A stretch of 64,000 bases of DNA from an uncultured delta proteobacterium (GCA_963711565.1 CAVQEQ010000003.1:1312001-1376000); one strand, 5' to 3'. Counted from the stretch's first letter, positions 8,071 to 18,777 are shown. The notes: a model not told the origin generated them from the letters alone. Translations and numbers: made by a program.

Positions 8071-9531
8071 ATGAACTGGCAGGAGTATTACCGATCGCGC
8101 ACGATTTCACCTGACGAAGCGGCCGCGATGGTGAAGCCGGGCATGCGGGTGGATTTTCCGTTCGCGGCGGGAACCGTGATGCAGCGCGCGCTGGCGGCGC
8201 GAGGCCGGCAGCTCGACGGCGTCGTCGATCTCAGGATGTCGTCGCCGTTGATCGATCCGGGATGGCTCAGCGGAGACGTCGCGGCGCGCTTCAGGATCGA
8301 GTTCGAGCTGTTCATCGGCAACCTGGGACGTCCGGTCCACGACCGCCATCAGGCCGCGTACCTGCCGAATTTGTTTTCGACCAGCTTCAAGCCGCACGAC
8401 GAACGGCCGGACGAAGACAAGCCGATCGATTTCGCTTTCGTCAACGTCACTCCGCCCAACGCGAAGGGATTCGTCAGTTTCGGACCGCATCAGTGGAACA
8501 AGCGGATGTACGCGCGACGCGCGCGGCATGCGATCGCCGAAGTGGACGCGAACCTGATCCGCACTTACGGCGACGTGTACATGCACGTCTCGGAGTTCGA
8601 GTATTTCGTCGAGGGAACTCCGCCGCCGCCCGACCTGGCGGTGATCGAACAGGCATTGGCGGCGATGGATACAGAAAAGCGCGAGGGCATCCGCGCCATC
8701 ATCGCGGAAGCTGGAGCCGAGCGTATCTGGCCGCTCGTTCAGTATCTGCAACGCGCCAAGGTCTCGGATTTGCGCGTGCTGCTCGGCATTACGCCGCCGC
8801 CTGCGGAGTTCAAGGCGGTAGCGGGATACCTGAGCGAACTAATCGAAGACGGCGTGACGATTCAAATCGGTGTCGGCGATCCCAGTTCGCAGATGCCGCG
8901 GATGGGCGCGTTCGACGGCAAGCACGACCTCGGCTTGCATACCGAGATGGTCGCGCCGGGAATCGCGCGGCTGGTTGACGCGGGGGTAATCAACGGGCGG
9001 CGCAAGACGACCCATCGCGGCAAGGCGGTCGCGGTCGGATGGTCGGGTTCCGATCCCGACGATTTGAAAATAATTGACGACAACCCGGCGTTCGAACTTT
9101 ACGATCCCGAGTACGTGCTCAAGCTTGCGACGCTCACCGCCAACTACCGGCAAACGTCGATCAACAACGCGCTCGCGATCGATTTGACCGGGCAGATTAA
9201 TTCGGAGAGCGTGACCGGCGCGCACATGATCAACGGGACTGGCGGGCAGCCGGAGACTCATATCGGCGCGTTTCTATGCCCGGGCGGGCGCGCGATCACG
9301 CTGCTGCAATCGACCGCGGTGGGCGGTGCGATTTCGCGCATCGTGCCGCAACTCGAAGCCGGCGCGCTGGTGACGATGCCGCGTTACTTCGCCGACACGG
9401 TGGTTACTGAATACGGAATCGCGCGGCTGCTTGGAAAAAATCATCGCGAGCGCGCGGCCGAGTTGATCGCAATCGCGCATCCTGACCATCGCGCCGAGTT
9501 GAGAGAAGCGGCCAACCGGTTGTTCGGTTGA
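8071..9531 (+). CDS. Acetyl-CoA hydrolase/transferase family (4-hydroxybutyrate CoA-transferase-like)
   Basis: MNWQEYYRSRTISPDEAA, TIQIGVG, DLGLHTEM, INNALAIDLTGQI, GTGGQ, VVTEYGIA, LIAIAHPDHR. Confidence 0.9.
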   Translation: MNWQEYYRSRTISPDEAAAMVKPGMRVDFPFAAGTVMQRALAARGRQLDGVVDLRMSSPLIDPGWLSGDVAARFRIEFELFIGNLGRPVHDRHQAAYLPNLFSTSFKPHDERPDEDKPIDFAFVNVTPPNAKGFVSFGPHQWNKRMYARRARHAIAEVDANLIRTYGDVYMHVSEFEYFVEGTPPPPDLAVIEQALAAMDTEKREGIRAIIAEAGAERIWPLVQYLQRAKVSDLRVLLGITPPPAEFKAVAGYLSELIEDGVTIQIGVGDPSSQMPRMGAFDGKHDLGLHTEMVAPGIARLVDAGVINGRRKTTHRGKAVAVGWSGSDPDDLKIIDDNPAFELYDPEYVLKLATLTANYRQTSINNALAIDLTGQINSESVTGAHMINGTGGQPETHIGAFLCPGGRAITLLQSTAVGGAISRIVPQLEAGALVTMPRYFADTVVTEYGIARLLGKNHRERAAELIAIAHPDHRAELREAANRLFG

Positions 9532-9575
9532 TTCCCTCATCCGAGCCGCGCGATTAAGTCCGGCGTTTTGGGCAG

Positions 9576-9608
9576 TGTCTCGGTTTGAAAATTGTTCAAA
9601 CTGAGACA
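9576..9608. promoter_or_regulatory. Inverted repeat (operator or terminator)
   Basis: TGTCTCgGTTTGAA-AATTG-TTCAAACtGAGACA in an AT-rich intergenic region. Confidence 0.5.
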
Positions 9609-9815
9609 ATCACCGGCGTTTGGTAAATATTTCCGATTCACATTTGCCGCCCCGATTCAGTGCTGAATAGCACAATGTCGCCCCGTATATACCAGCAAGG
9701 CTTGACCTAGTGAGGGAAATAGTCCAATAAGAGGGTCTATAGCGCAGTTCAACTTTTGTGATAGTCTATTTGCCAGCCTAAGATTGGATAGGCTTACTAA
9801 AGAGGAAGTGAACGG

Positions 9816-10019
9816 ATGCCATCCTCGACCAAAGTGCTGACCGTGAACGAGCTCGCAGAGTACCTGCGAGTGCATCGCTCAACGATCTACCGCCTGCTCA
9901 AGAAGGGACAGTTGCCCGGTTTCAAGATCGGCAGCGACTGGCGCTTCAATGTCGAGGTAATCGACGAGTGGCGGCTGCGCCAGGGACCCGGCGTATTGGA
10001 AGAGGAAGCGGCGGACTAG
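9816..10019 (+). CDS. Small excisionase-family (HTH_17/BldC-like) DNA-binding protein
   Basis: LTVNELAEYLRVHRSTIYRLLKKGQLPGFKIGSDWRF. Confidence 0.9.
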   Translation: MPSSTKVLTVNELAEYLRVHRSTIYRLLKKGQLPGFKIGSDWRFNVEVIDEWRLRQGPGVLEEEAAD

Positions 10020-10203
10020 CGGACAGCTTCGAAACGCGGCGGAGCACTTCCGTCAACTTTCAAAACTGGCCGAGCTCTGGCTGACCCGATCCATCGCTGA
10101 AGTCACGCTGGTCCATAACCTTCACCTGACAAATAAATTGTGAGTTGTCGCCCGCACGCGTGCGCGGCTAGACTGCGACTGCGCGCGGTAGTCGCGCAGA
10201 GTC

Positions 10204-11397
10204 ATGCCCACCGACCTTTCTTCCAAGACCCGCTTGTTCACCGAATCCGTGATCCGCGAGATGACGCGGCGAGCGCTCAAGTGCGGCGCGGTGAACCTGG
10301 CGCAGGGCTTTCCCGACTTTGCGGCGCCGGCGGAAATCAAGGAAGCGGCGAAGCGCGCGATCGACGAGGAATACAATCAGTACGCGATTACGCACGGCTC
10401 GCCGAACTTCCGCCGCGCAATCGCAGACAAGGTGCAAAGCTACAACGGCATCGCATGCGACTCCGACCGCAATATCACAGTGACTTGCGGCGCGACCGAG
10501 GCGATGATCGCGACGATGCTGGCGGTGATCAACCCCGGCGACGAGGTGATCATCTTCGAGCCGTTCTACGAGAACTACGGACCCGACGTGATCCTGGCCG
10601 GGGCGACGCCGCGTTACGTGGCGCTGCGCGATCCGGATTTTTCGATTGATCGTGCCGAGCTCGAAGCGGCGTTCGGGCCGCGCACCAAGGCGATCGTGAT
10701 CAACACTCCGCACAATCCGAGCGGCAAGGTGTTCACGCGCGCCGAGCTCGAAGCGATCGCGGCGCTATGCCAGCGGCATGACACGCTGGCGATTACCGAC
10801 GAGATATACGAGCACATCATCTACGGCGGCGCGCGACACATCTCGATCGCGAGCCTTCCAGGGATGGCCGATCGGACTGTCACGATTAGCGGGCTGTCGA
10901 AGACCTACTCGATCACGGGATGGCGGCTGGCGTACGCGATCGCGAGCGAGCGAATCACCGGGGCGATTCGGAAGGTGCACGATTTTCTGACCGTCGGCGC
11001 GCCGCATCCGCTGCAGGAAGCCGGCGCGGTGGCGTTGCGGATGCCGGAATCGTTTTACGCGGAGCTGACTGCGATGTACGAGCGCAAGCGCGGCGCGCTC
11101 TACGCGGCGCTCACGCGGGCGGGCCTCGAGTCCAGCAAGCCGGACGGCGCCTACTACATCGTGTCGGAGATTGGCGGGCTCAGATTCAAGGATGACTTCG
11201 CGGCGGCCGACTTCCTCCTCGATGAAGTGGGAGTCGCCGCAGTGCCCGGTTCAAGCTTCTATCATCGGCCGGAGTTGGGGCATCGGAAGATTCGATTCAC
11301 GTTTTCGAAGAGCGACGAGACGATCGCGGCGGCCGCCGAGCGGCTGAGTCATCTGCAGGAAAAGCTGGCGGCGCGATCGAAACTCGCGACTAGATAG
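10204..11397 (+). CDS. PLP-dependent aminotransferase class I/II (YbdL-like)
   Basis: NLAQGFPDF, INTPHNPSG, TDEIY, SKTYSITGWRL. Confidence 0.92.
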   Translation: MPTDLSSKTRLFTESVIREMTRRALKCGAVNLAQGFPDFAAPAEIKEAAKRAIDEEYNQYAITHGSPNFRRAIADKVQSYNGIACDSDRNITVTCGATEAMIATMLAVINPGDEVIIFEPFYENYGPDVILAGATPRYVALRDPDFSIDRAELEAAFGPRTKAIVINTPHNPSGKVFTRAELEAIAALCQRHDTLAITDEIYEHIIYGGARHISIASLPGMADRTVTISGLSKTYSITGWRLAYAIASERITGAIRKVHDFLTVGAPHPLQEAGAVALRMPESFYAELTAMYERKRGALYAALTRAGLESSKPDGAYYIVSEIGGLRFKDDFAAADFLLDEVGVAAVPGSSFYHRPELGHRKIRFTFSKSDETIAAAAERLSHLQEKLAARSKLATR

Positions 11398-11400
11398 GAC

Positions 11401-11799
11401 TCAAGCGGACTTCTTGCCGCCCTGGATCGTGCGCAGGCGCGGGCGCTCGATGCCGCCCGAAAGATAAACCAATACGGTCCAGCCGCTGCGTGTGAGCGGG
11501 TAGCAGAGCAGGACGCTGCCGCATGCGACTGCGCACAAAATTAAGATCTCGACGGCATCCGACAGGTGCGTGGCGAGGGCGAGAATCGCCCAACAGACCA
11601 GGAACGAGGCGGCAGCCACTGCGAAGTCGAGATACATCGCGCCGAGCGTCTCGCCGGGATCTTTCCAGAACACGACGTGGCATCGCGGGCATTCGCGATT
11701 CATCCTGAAGTGCGAGCGGAAAATAGCGCCGTCGCGACACACCGGGCATCGGCAATTGAGTGCGCACTTGATCAGCGCGGATGCGGAATCGTCAGCCAC
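11401..11799 (-). CDS. DUF983 family membrane protein
   Basis: RCPVCRDGAIF and CPRC followed by two TM segments. Confidence 0.75.
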   Translation of the reverse strand: MADDSASALIKCALNCRCPVCRDGAIFRSHFRMNRECPRCHVVFWKDPGETLGAMYLDFAVAAASFLVCWAILALATHLSDAVEILILCAVACGSVLLCYPLTRSGWTVLVYLSGGIERPRLRTIQGGKKSA

Positions 11800-11854
11800 G
11801 ATCTTGATATTACTCCGTGGCGCGCGTGAGGCCAGCGATTATTTCAGTCGAGGA

Positions 11855-12805
11855 CTAGATGCTCCAGTTGAAGCCGAGCTCGGGACCGAACAACTGCACC
11901 CGCAGTAAATTGCCCACACCCGATCCAGTCTGCGTGTACTTCGTGTAGTTGTAGTTCAGGCCCGCAAACGGGGAAAACCCGTGCCATTGAGGGCTGGGGT
12001 TCGCGTAAATGATGCGCCAGTGAGTTTCGAAGCCCGATTGCGAGTCGTAAACCGTCGAACCGCCCTCGCTGCGGCCGGAGTTCCATTTGTTGGCCCAGTA
12101 GCCCTGCGCGGTCGCCTCGAACGCGAAGTTGTAACCCAGCCAATGCCGCTCCTCGAGGCCAATCACCGGTATCGGCAGTCCCTTTTCCTGCCAACGGATG
12201 CGGGCCTCGAACGGCGAGCGTTGGCTGAATAGCGGCGTGCCGTCGTTGATTCGATAGTCGTTGTAGGTGAACTCGACGCCGATCTTTGCGCGCGAGTCCC
12301 ATCCCTGGAGAAACTCCGGCAATCCCGATTCGTAATTCTCATAGAGCGGAGTCAGCCGGCGCTCGTAGTAGCCGCCAAACGTGTACCATCGCGTGCCGCC
12401 GGGATTCAGATTCTGATTCGGCGAGATTATCGTCCCGCCAAATGCCAGCGGCTGAGTTTCGTATTTGCTTCCGTAGATGCCGTAGTACCTGAATTGGAAC
12501 TGAAACGCATTGACGCTGTCGAACCAGTAGCTGAGCAACGTCTCGGTCAACTGCAACTGCGAAACACCCTGGTCGTGCTGCAGGCTGATCGCGCTGTCGG
12601 GAAACGAGTTGATGCGACGCCGCAGCGTGTTGGCGCCGACCGTGAACATGTAGGCGTCGTCGGCTTCGATGTCGATTTGATGCGGCGCGGGCGTAAGCAA
12701 ATCGGCGCCGGGATCGCGCAGGGAGAAGAAGTCTTGCGCAGAGCAGTTGGCGCTGGTTAGCAGCGAGAAGACGACCAAAGCTATTGCCAATCTCACTAAA
12801 CGCAT
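11855..12805 (-). CDS. Putative outer-membrane beta-barrel protein
   Basis: Signal peptide, aromatic alternating beta strands, C-terminal ELGFNWSI. Confidence 0.6.
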   Translation of the reverse strand: MRLVRLAIALVVFSLLTSANCSAQDFFSLRDPGADLLTPAPHQIDIEADDAYMFTVGANTLRRRINSFPDSAISLQHDQGVSQLQLTETLLSYWFDSVNAFQFQFRYYGIYGSKYETQPLAFGGTIISPNQNLNPGGTRWYTFGGYYERRLTPLYENYESGLPEFLQGWDSRAKIGVEFTYNDYRINDGTPLFSQRSPFEARIRWQEKGLPIPVIGLEERHWLGYNFAFEATAQGYWANKWNSGRSEGGSTVYDSQSGFETHWRIIYANPSPQWHGFSPFAGLNYNYTKYTQTGSGVGNLLRVQLFGPELGFNWSI

Positions 12806-12850
12806 GGGTCTGGATGCTGGACTAGTAGCGGGCCAATTTCAAGACGCGTT

Positions 12851-13423
12851 CTATTCGGCGCTGGCAGGCTTTGCCTTCTCGTCGAGCAGAGGCGCTGGAG
12901 TGCCGGGCGCAGACTGAAAACCGTCGGGCAAATCGCGCGTCGGCGAGATACGGATCACGACGATTTGGCCGCGGTCCAACTTGGCTCGAGAGGGACGCGC
13001 AAAGCCGACCCAGGCGAGCAGATATTTCCTGGGGTACTCGGCGATCACCTGGTCCTGCAGGGCAGTGTCCGTGACGATTTCCGCCTTACCGATGAACGCG
13101 GGGCCGGTGCGCGTGCCGATCCAGATCATCGCGGGGCTGCCGCGCTTGATTCGCCTGGCCTTCCAACTGGTCGGCGAGGTTTCGATCAGCACCTGGTTGT
13201 CGGCGGTCGTGATGAACCAGACCGGCGCGGCTTTGCTCTGATTGCCGTCTTTGCGAACCGTCGCAATATAGATGTAGGTGGCCTTGGCGAGTGCGTCGGC
13301 GTCGCGCGGCGAGGTCGCGGCGATCGCAGGCGCGGCGATGGCGGCGAGGATTGCGGCGGCGGCGATGAGATGAGGAAGATTGGCGGCGGTGATTTTCACG
13401 ATCGGCTCCATCGTCAATTTCAA
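12851..13423 (-). CDS. Pyridoxamine 5'-phosphate oxidase-like (PPOX split-barrel) protein with signal peptide
   Basis: IATVRKDG...APVWF, SWKARRI; N-terminal LIAAAAILAAIAAPAIA. Start uncertain. Confidence 0.7.
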   Translation of the reverse strand: MKLTMEPIVKITAANLPHLIAAAAILAAIAAPAIAATSPRDADALAKATYIYIATVRKDGNQSKAAPVWFITTADNQVLIETSPTSWKARRIKRGSPAMIWIGTRTGPAFIGKAEIVTDTALQDQVIAEYPRKYLLAWVGFARPSRAKLDRGQIVVIRISPTRDLPDGFQSAPGTPAPLLDEKAKPASAE

Positions 13424-16005
13424 TCCCCGAGATAGCGGCGTCGCACCAAAACTTCTCCGAGGAACAGCATGATTACGATCGGGATCAGCCAGGGATCGGC
13501 GCTGCGGCGAAATGCCACGGTCTGACCGCTGTGGCGGGCGATGGTCGCGGGGGTAGCGTCGAAGGCGCCGTGGGTCGCGGCCGACAGACGCCGCAGCAGC
13601 TCGAGGTCGGGCGGCCTGATCCGCAGTTCGGCACTGTCGGCCGGGATCGATCCGGCGGCGGCGAATTCGCGCTGCTCGAGAATTTTTTCGGAATCGCCCG
13701 CCTTGAACATCAGCGTCGCGACGTACTTGCCGCGCGGCAGCGGCCCTACTTCGCCGCGATAGATCGAGGCGCCGGCCTCGGTCATCGCCACGTCAACGGC
13801 GCGTCCCGGCCCGGTGATGCGGCAAACCAGATTGCTCACCGGATCGGGATCGGCTTTTTCAGCCTCGACCGTCATCGACCCGTCGGGCGCGCCGTGGACG
13901 CGCATCGTGAACATCCCGGAGTCGCCCTGGCGCATCGTCCAGTTCGCCAACTGCGACCAGAATTCAACGTAGCGATTCCATCGAATCCAGCTGAGCGTCG
14001 CGAGTGAATCGGGATCGCCGGCGAAAATCGCGGCGCGGCCGAGTCCGTATTGCCAGGAGGCGAGCAGCGGCGCGGTTTTGTCGGCGCGCGCGACCTTGAG
14101 CGCGACTTGCGCGCCGTCCTTGGCCTCGGTCGCGGCAAAAAAGTCGATTGGCGGAATCTCGTTGATGCCGATGCCGGAGAGCATCGCGGTCGCATCGCCG
14201 GCTTCGATGGTGGTGCGATCCTGTTTGCGCCGGTTCATGGCCTGGCGCGTCAAGCCGACCAGCAGCAGCGGCAGCTTCTCAATATCCTGCACGCGATAGA
14301 AGATGCCGCCGGTCGCCTGCGCGAAGTCCTGCAGCAGTTCGAGATTTTCGAGGTCGGGACCGATGCGGATGGTCGAGACGGGAATGTGCTGGCGCGCGTA
14401 TTCGGCGATCAGATCGTCGTGGTCGTGATACTGGCGGTTGGTGTCGCCGTCGGTCAGCAGAATCACCTGGCGCACCGGGATGCCGCTCTGCAGGATTTCG
14501 CGCTCGGCGATTTCAAGCGCTTCCTTGAAGTCGGTGCCGCCGCCAGGTTGCAGCCGGTCGATGCGGTTTTCGAGCTCGCCGCGATCGTCGCCGAGCTGCT
14601 GCAGATGCGCGAGCACGTACGGCTGCGAATCAAAGGCGATCACGCCGGCAAAGTCAGTGTCGTCGAGCTGGCGGAGCAGCGCGATGGCGGCTTCCTTGGC
14701 GTAGCGAATTCGCTCGCCGTCGCGCACGGCGGGATAGCGCGAGTCGTAACTCATCGAGTTCGAGCGATCGATGCAGAGATAAACGGCGATCGGCTCGCGT
14801 GACGGCGGTGGCGGCTGCGGCACGAACTTCACCGGCAACGCTTTTTCCAGATCGCCGCCAGCGAGAGTTTCTTCACGCAGCGTGTCGCCCGTCGCGACCA
14901 ATCCGCCGCCGTAGTCCGCCACGTAGCGATTGAGCGCGTGCTGCGCCGCGGGCGTGATCGAGCCTTCGGGCACATCGTCGAGGATCAAGAGCTGGTACGG
15001 CAGGTAATCCGCCGGATGCTCGCTCAAGCTGCGGGGCGACACGAAATCGATTTTGTAGTTGCGCATCTTGAGCGCGGTCACGAGGCTTTCCGGCAGCGTG
15101 GTCGAGACGATCAGAATCCGCGGCGCACCCGTCACCGAAATCGGGGCCTCGACCCGCGTATTCAGCGCGATCCGGGGCGGCGCAATCGAGACTTCCGCGC
15201 TCATCAAGTATGCGCCCGGCTGTTCGAGCCGATACGGCAGCTCGAAGTCGTTCAGCCCCGGCTTCAGCATGATGGACTGGCCGCCAACAGCAGTGTCGTC
15301 GCGGTAGAGCTTGAGCGTCGCGGTGACGAACGACTGCGATTCGCTTTCAACGTCGATTCTGAATGCGAAGCGCTGATCGGCGCGGACTGTGTCGGGGGAA
15401 TAAAAATTCGTGACGGCAATTCGCTCGGTCGCCGACGGCGGAGGCGCGGCCGCGAAGATTCGCACGCCATCCTCGCGCATCGCGGGAACTTCGGTTATCG
15501 CGGAATCCTCGGTCTCGTTGCCGTCGCTCAGCAACAAGATCCGCTTGTCGGCTTCCGGCGGGTACAGGCTCTCAGCCGCGGTCAGCGCGCCGGCGATATT
15601 GGTGGCGCCGCCGTTGACGCCGTCGCCGAAATTCCCCAGCAGCCGCGGATCGGTCAGCGGCGCGAGCAGCCGCGCATCGCGGCCGAAGCCGACGATCCCA
15701 AGTTGATCGGTCGGCGCCATCGCGGTCTTCAAATTTTCGATCTGACCGCGCATCCATTCCTGCTGATCAGGTGACACCGAGCGCGACTCATCCATGACCG
15801 CGACCACCGCGACACTTTGCGCGGCGATACGCCCCGGGATGCGCAGGCCCGCGAGCATCGCGACCAGGGCCACGACGCACAGCGCGCGAAGTGTCGCGGA
15901 AGCGGCGCCGGCCAGCCGCAGTCCAGTGCGCATCGCGAGAATTCCCGGCGCTGCGGCGAGCGGCGCGAGCGCGAGCAGCCACAGCAGATGCAGCCGATCA
16001 AACAT
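13420..16005 (-). CDS. Membrane vWA-domain protein (two vWA domains plus glutamine-amidotransferase-like domain)
   Basis: MIDAS DESRS and DRSNS, LLSDGNE, LLTDG, WQYGLGR, terminal TM. Confidence 0.88.
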   Translation of the reverse strand: MFDRLHLLWLLALAPLAAAPGILAMRTGLRLAGAASATLRALCVVALVAMLAGLRIPGRIAAQSVAVVAVMDESRSVSPDQQEWMRGQIENLKTAMAPTDQLGIVGFGRDARLLAPLTDPRLLGNFGDGVNGGATNIAGALTAAESLYPPEADKRILLLSDGNETEDSAITEVPAMREDGVRIFAAAPPPSATERIAVTNFYSPDTVRADQRFAFRIDVESESQSFVTATLKLYRDDTAVGGQSIMLKPGLNDFELPYRLEQPGAYLMSAEVSIAPPRIALNTRVEAPISVTGAPRILIVSTTLPESLVTALKMRNYKIDFVSPRSLSEHPADYLPYQLLILDDVPEGSITPAAQHALNRYVADYGGGLVATGDTLREETLAGGDLEKALPVKFVPQPPPPSREPIAVYLCIDRSNSMSYDSRYPAVRDGERIRYAKEAAIALLRQLDDTDFAGVIAFDSQPYVLAHLQQLGDDRGELENRIDRLQPGGGTDFKEALEIAEREILQSGIPVRQVILLTDGDTNRQYHDHDDLIAEYARQHIPVSTIRIGPDLENLELLQDFAQATGGIFYRVQDIEKLPLLLVGLTRQAMNRRKQDRTTIEAGDATAMLSGIGINEIPPIDFFAATEAKDGAQVALKVARADKTAPLLASWQYGLGRAAIFAGDPDSLATLSWIRWNRYVEFWSQLANWTMRQGDSGMFTMRVHGAPDGSMTVEAEKADPDPVSNLVCRITGPGRAVDVAMTEAGASIYRGEVGPLPRGKYVATLMFKAGDSEKILEQREFAAAGSIPADSAELRIRPPDLELLRRLSAATHGAFDATPATIARHSGQTVAFRRSADPWLIPIVIMLFLGEVLVRRRYLGD

Positions 16006-17869
16006 GGCGCATCCCCCAGCGGCCGGCGTGGCCGATCAGCATCGCGGATTCAATCACCAATGCGAGCAACGCCAGCGCGATCAAAATGAAAGTCAGCGGC
16101 TGCACTTGCTTTGCCGATTGCGCATTCGATGCGGCGGCGGTTTTTTCCGCGGGCGCGCTCGCTTCGGCCTGCGGTTTTGCGCCGAGGTCGGATTCGGCCG
16201 CGTCGTAGTAGTTCGCGAGCACCTGCGTCGTCACGCCGCCCGACTCGACGGTGTAGCGTCCCGCTTGCATCGGACGGATTCGCACGCGGCCCCATTTGTC
16301 GGCGGCGACTGTGCGCAGCGTCGCGTCGGGCTCGGTGACGCGCGCGCTTCCAGTCACAGGCACGCTCACATCCGCGCCCGTCGATACGATTAGAATATCG
16401 CGCGGCGCGGTCATTTGCTTCATCAGATCGACGGTCAGCACCAGCGCGTCGAGATGATCGGGCGCGAGCAGCAAGTGATCGCGCACGTCGAACGCCAGCA
16501 CGCCGAGGGAACCGCCCGCGGCGCTTCCGACCGCGGCAATCGGAATCGAGGCGTGACCCGGCCCGGTTGCCGTCGCGAGCAGATCCATCCACTCAGGCAC
16601 GGCCACGATTCGCGTCGCACCCAGCGGCAGGGAATTGAGCGCGGTCGATTCGCCGGTCGCGTCACCGCGAATGTTCGCGCTCGCAATCGTCCCGTTAACG
16701 GAGATTCCACTTCCGTTCTTCGCGGCGTGCGGCGGATATATCAGGAGCGTGGTCGCCGCCTTCACTGCGGGCACATAGCAATCGTGCATCACGACTATTT
16801 CGAACGGCATCGCGTCCGGCCCGGACGGCGCGACATACTTCGCCGGATCGGCGGTCTCGATTTGGAAATTGGCGTTGACCGCGAGCAGCACGCGCGCGAT
16901 GTCGTCGCGGACCGCGGCATCGGGCGACAGGACCAGGACGCGCGCCGCGAGATCGGATGGCGCGTACGCGTAGCGGCTATTGTCCGCGTCGATCGCGTCG
17001 GAAGTCAGAATTCGCGCGTGGATCAAACCGCCCGTCTTGAGCGGTCCGAAATATGCCACCATCTGTTCGCGCGGCGCGAGCATCATGGTCTGATGAAATT
17101 GCTCGTTGTCACCGAGATCGATCGCGAGTTCCGCCGGATGGGGTCGCGCAGAGAAGTTGCGAATCACAAGACGGCCACGCGTCGAGCCCGGGATGCCGGG
17201 ATCGAGCGATACGATCGCGAGGTTGGAGTCATCGGAGCCGACCTGGTGGAAATTTATCCGGGCAGTCGAGCCGGCGTCGGCAAGAATCGCGGGCGCGGGC
17301 GGGCGATCGGCAAACAGATCGATTTCCGACGAGCCGTGCGCTCGAATCAAGGCCGCTCTGAGAGCCGCTGTGCGCGCGGGGACTGCCATCGGAACCAGAT
17401 CGCCCAGCGCTTTGCGCAAGTCGTCCCGATTCGCCGTCTGCGGATGACGCACCTGCGCTTCGAGTGCGTACGCGATGACGCTGAACTCGTCACCGACCGG
17501 CGCTTGATCGATGATCTCAGTCGCCTGCTGCCGCGCCAGATCGATCCGCGTGCCGGAGCCTTCGTGCGCGCTCATCCCGGCGCCGAGATCGAAGACCAGC
17601 GCGTGACTGCGGCCATGACCGGGCAACGGGGGGCGCATCACATACAAGCCCGCGAGCGCGAACGTCAACGCGGCGAGAGTCAGCATCTCGAGCCAGAATA
17701 GCGGGTCGAGCCGCACGTGACGGACGCTCGCAACCGGCGCGGGCGCCTCGTCGAAAAGCATCAGGCTCGACACTTCGATCGTCGGACGCGAGCGCGAGCG
17801 CAGATAAATCAGCACCAGCAGCGCGAGGCTGAGACCGTAAACGAAGTTCTGTGGATTCAGGAAGCCCAC
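15998..17869 (-). CDS. BatA-domain/vWA-like membrane protein
   Basis: MGFLNP...LIYL...VSSLML BatA N-terminus; degenerate MIDAS DLGAGM; C-terminal TM. Confidence 0.85.
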   Translation of the reverse strand: MGFLNPQNFVYGLSLALLVLIYLRSRSRPTIEVSSLMLFDEAPAPVASVRHVRLDPLFWLEMLTLAALTFALAGLYVMRPPLPGHGRSHALVFDLGAGMSAHEGSGTRIDLARQQATEIIDQAPVGDEFSVIAYALEAQVRHPQTANRDDLRKALGDLVPMAVPARTAALRAALIRAHGSSEIDLFADRPPAPAILADAGSTARINFHQVGSDDSNLAIVSLDPGIPGSTRGRLVIRNFSARPHPAELAIDLGDNEQFHQTMMLAPREQMVAYFGPLKTGGLIHARILTSDAIDADNSRYAYAPSDLAARVLVLSPDAAVRDDIARVLLAVNANFQIETADPAKYVAPSGPDAMPFEIVVMHDCYVPAVKAATTLLIYPPHAAKNGSGISVNGTIASANIRGDATGESTALNSLPLGATRIVAVPEWMDLLATATGPGHASIPIAAVGSAAGGSLGVLAFDVRDHLLLAPDHLDALVLTVDLMKQMTAPRDILIVSTGADVSVPVTGSARVTEPDATLRTVAADKWGRVRIRPMQAGRYTVESGGVTTQVLANYYDAAESDLGAKPQAEASAPAEKTAAASNAQSAKQVQPLTFILIALALLALVIESAMLIGHAGRWGMRHV

Positions 17870-17871
17870 GG

Positions 17872-18777
17872 CTATCTCACGATTCCGAGCAGCGGCAGTT
17901 CGCGTTCCATAAAACTATCCAGGTTGCCCGCGCCGAACGCCTGCGCATAGGTGATTGCGTGCGCCGTGCAGATCTCGCGGATACGGGCGGCGATCTTTTC
18001 AACCTTGCGCCGAATCGCGGCGACCGTCGTCGAGCCCATCTCGGTCTCGCGGACTTCGCCGGTCTCGGCGTCGCGGATGCGATAGAGTCCGGGTGGATAC
18101 GACGCGGTGCTCTCCTGCTCGCCCATCACTTGAATTACTTTTACGTCGTGGCGCGCCGCGACCAGCCGTTTGAGCGCATCTTCAACGTCGAGCTCGTTCA
18201 CCAGAAAATCCGAGATGACGACGACCATCCCGGCCGGCCGGCGCTGTAGCAGCAATTCATCGACGGCGGCGCCCAGACGCGTCTCGCCGCCCGCTCTCAC
18301 CGACGTCACGAACGGCTTGAAGTTGAGGTACGACTCGCGGCGCCGATGAAACGGCGTCGCTTCAAGCTTCATCGACCCGCGACGCATCGCGAACGCGCCG
18401 ATTCGCACCGCGTCGTTGTCGGCCATCCCGATGTAGGCAAGCGACGCGCCGATCGCGAGCGCGAGCCCGAGCTTGTCGTCGTGCTCGGGCAAGCCCATCG
18501 ACGCACTCGCGTCAACCAGCGCGGTGACCTCGACCTGGCGGTCGGCGCGGTAGGTTCGCAGCATCAGTTCGTCGAGCCGCGCGAATGCGTTCCAGTCGAG
18601 GAAGCGCAAATCGTCGCCGGGCGCATACTCCTTGAAATTTTCCGGCTCGATTCCGAGTCCCTGGATTCTGCCCAGCGCGCGCTGCCCGGTGCGGATGGTG
18701 CGGGCGCGCTTGATGCCCAGCACCAGGCGGTCGAGCTTGCGCAGAAACTCCGGCTCGAAAGCGCGTGCCTCGAGCAT
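17872..18777 (-). CDS. DUF58 family protein
   Basis: EYAPGDDLRFLDWNAFAR, VDASASM, VISDF. Confidence 0.9.
   Translation of the reverse strand: MLEARAFEPEFLRKLDRLVLGIKRARTIRTGQRALGRIQGLGIEPENFKEYAPGDDLRFLDWNAFARLDELMLRTYRADRQVEVTALVDASASMGLPEHDDKLGLALAIGASLAYIGMADNDAVRIGAFAMRRGSMKLEATPFHRRRESYLNFKPFVTSVRAGGETRLGAAVDELLLQRRPAGMVVVISDFLVNELDVEDALKRLVAARHDVKVIQVMGEQESTASYPPGLYRIRDAETGEVRETEMGSTTVAAIRRKVEKIAARIREICTAHAITYAQAFGAGNLDSFMERELPLLGIVR

Noticed and set aside
4563-10019. Prophage or ICE linking the immunity array to the Xis-like gene
   Set aside because: No integrase, phage or conjugation genes; ordinary metabolic genes lie between them.
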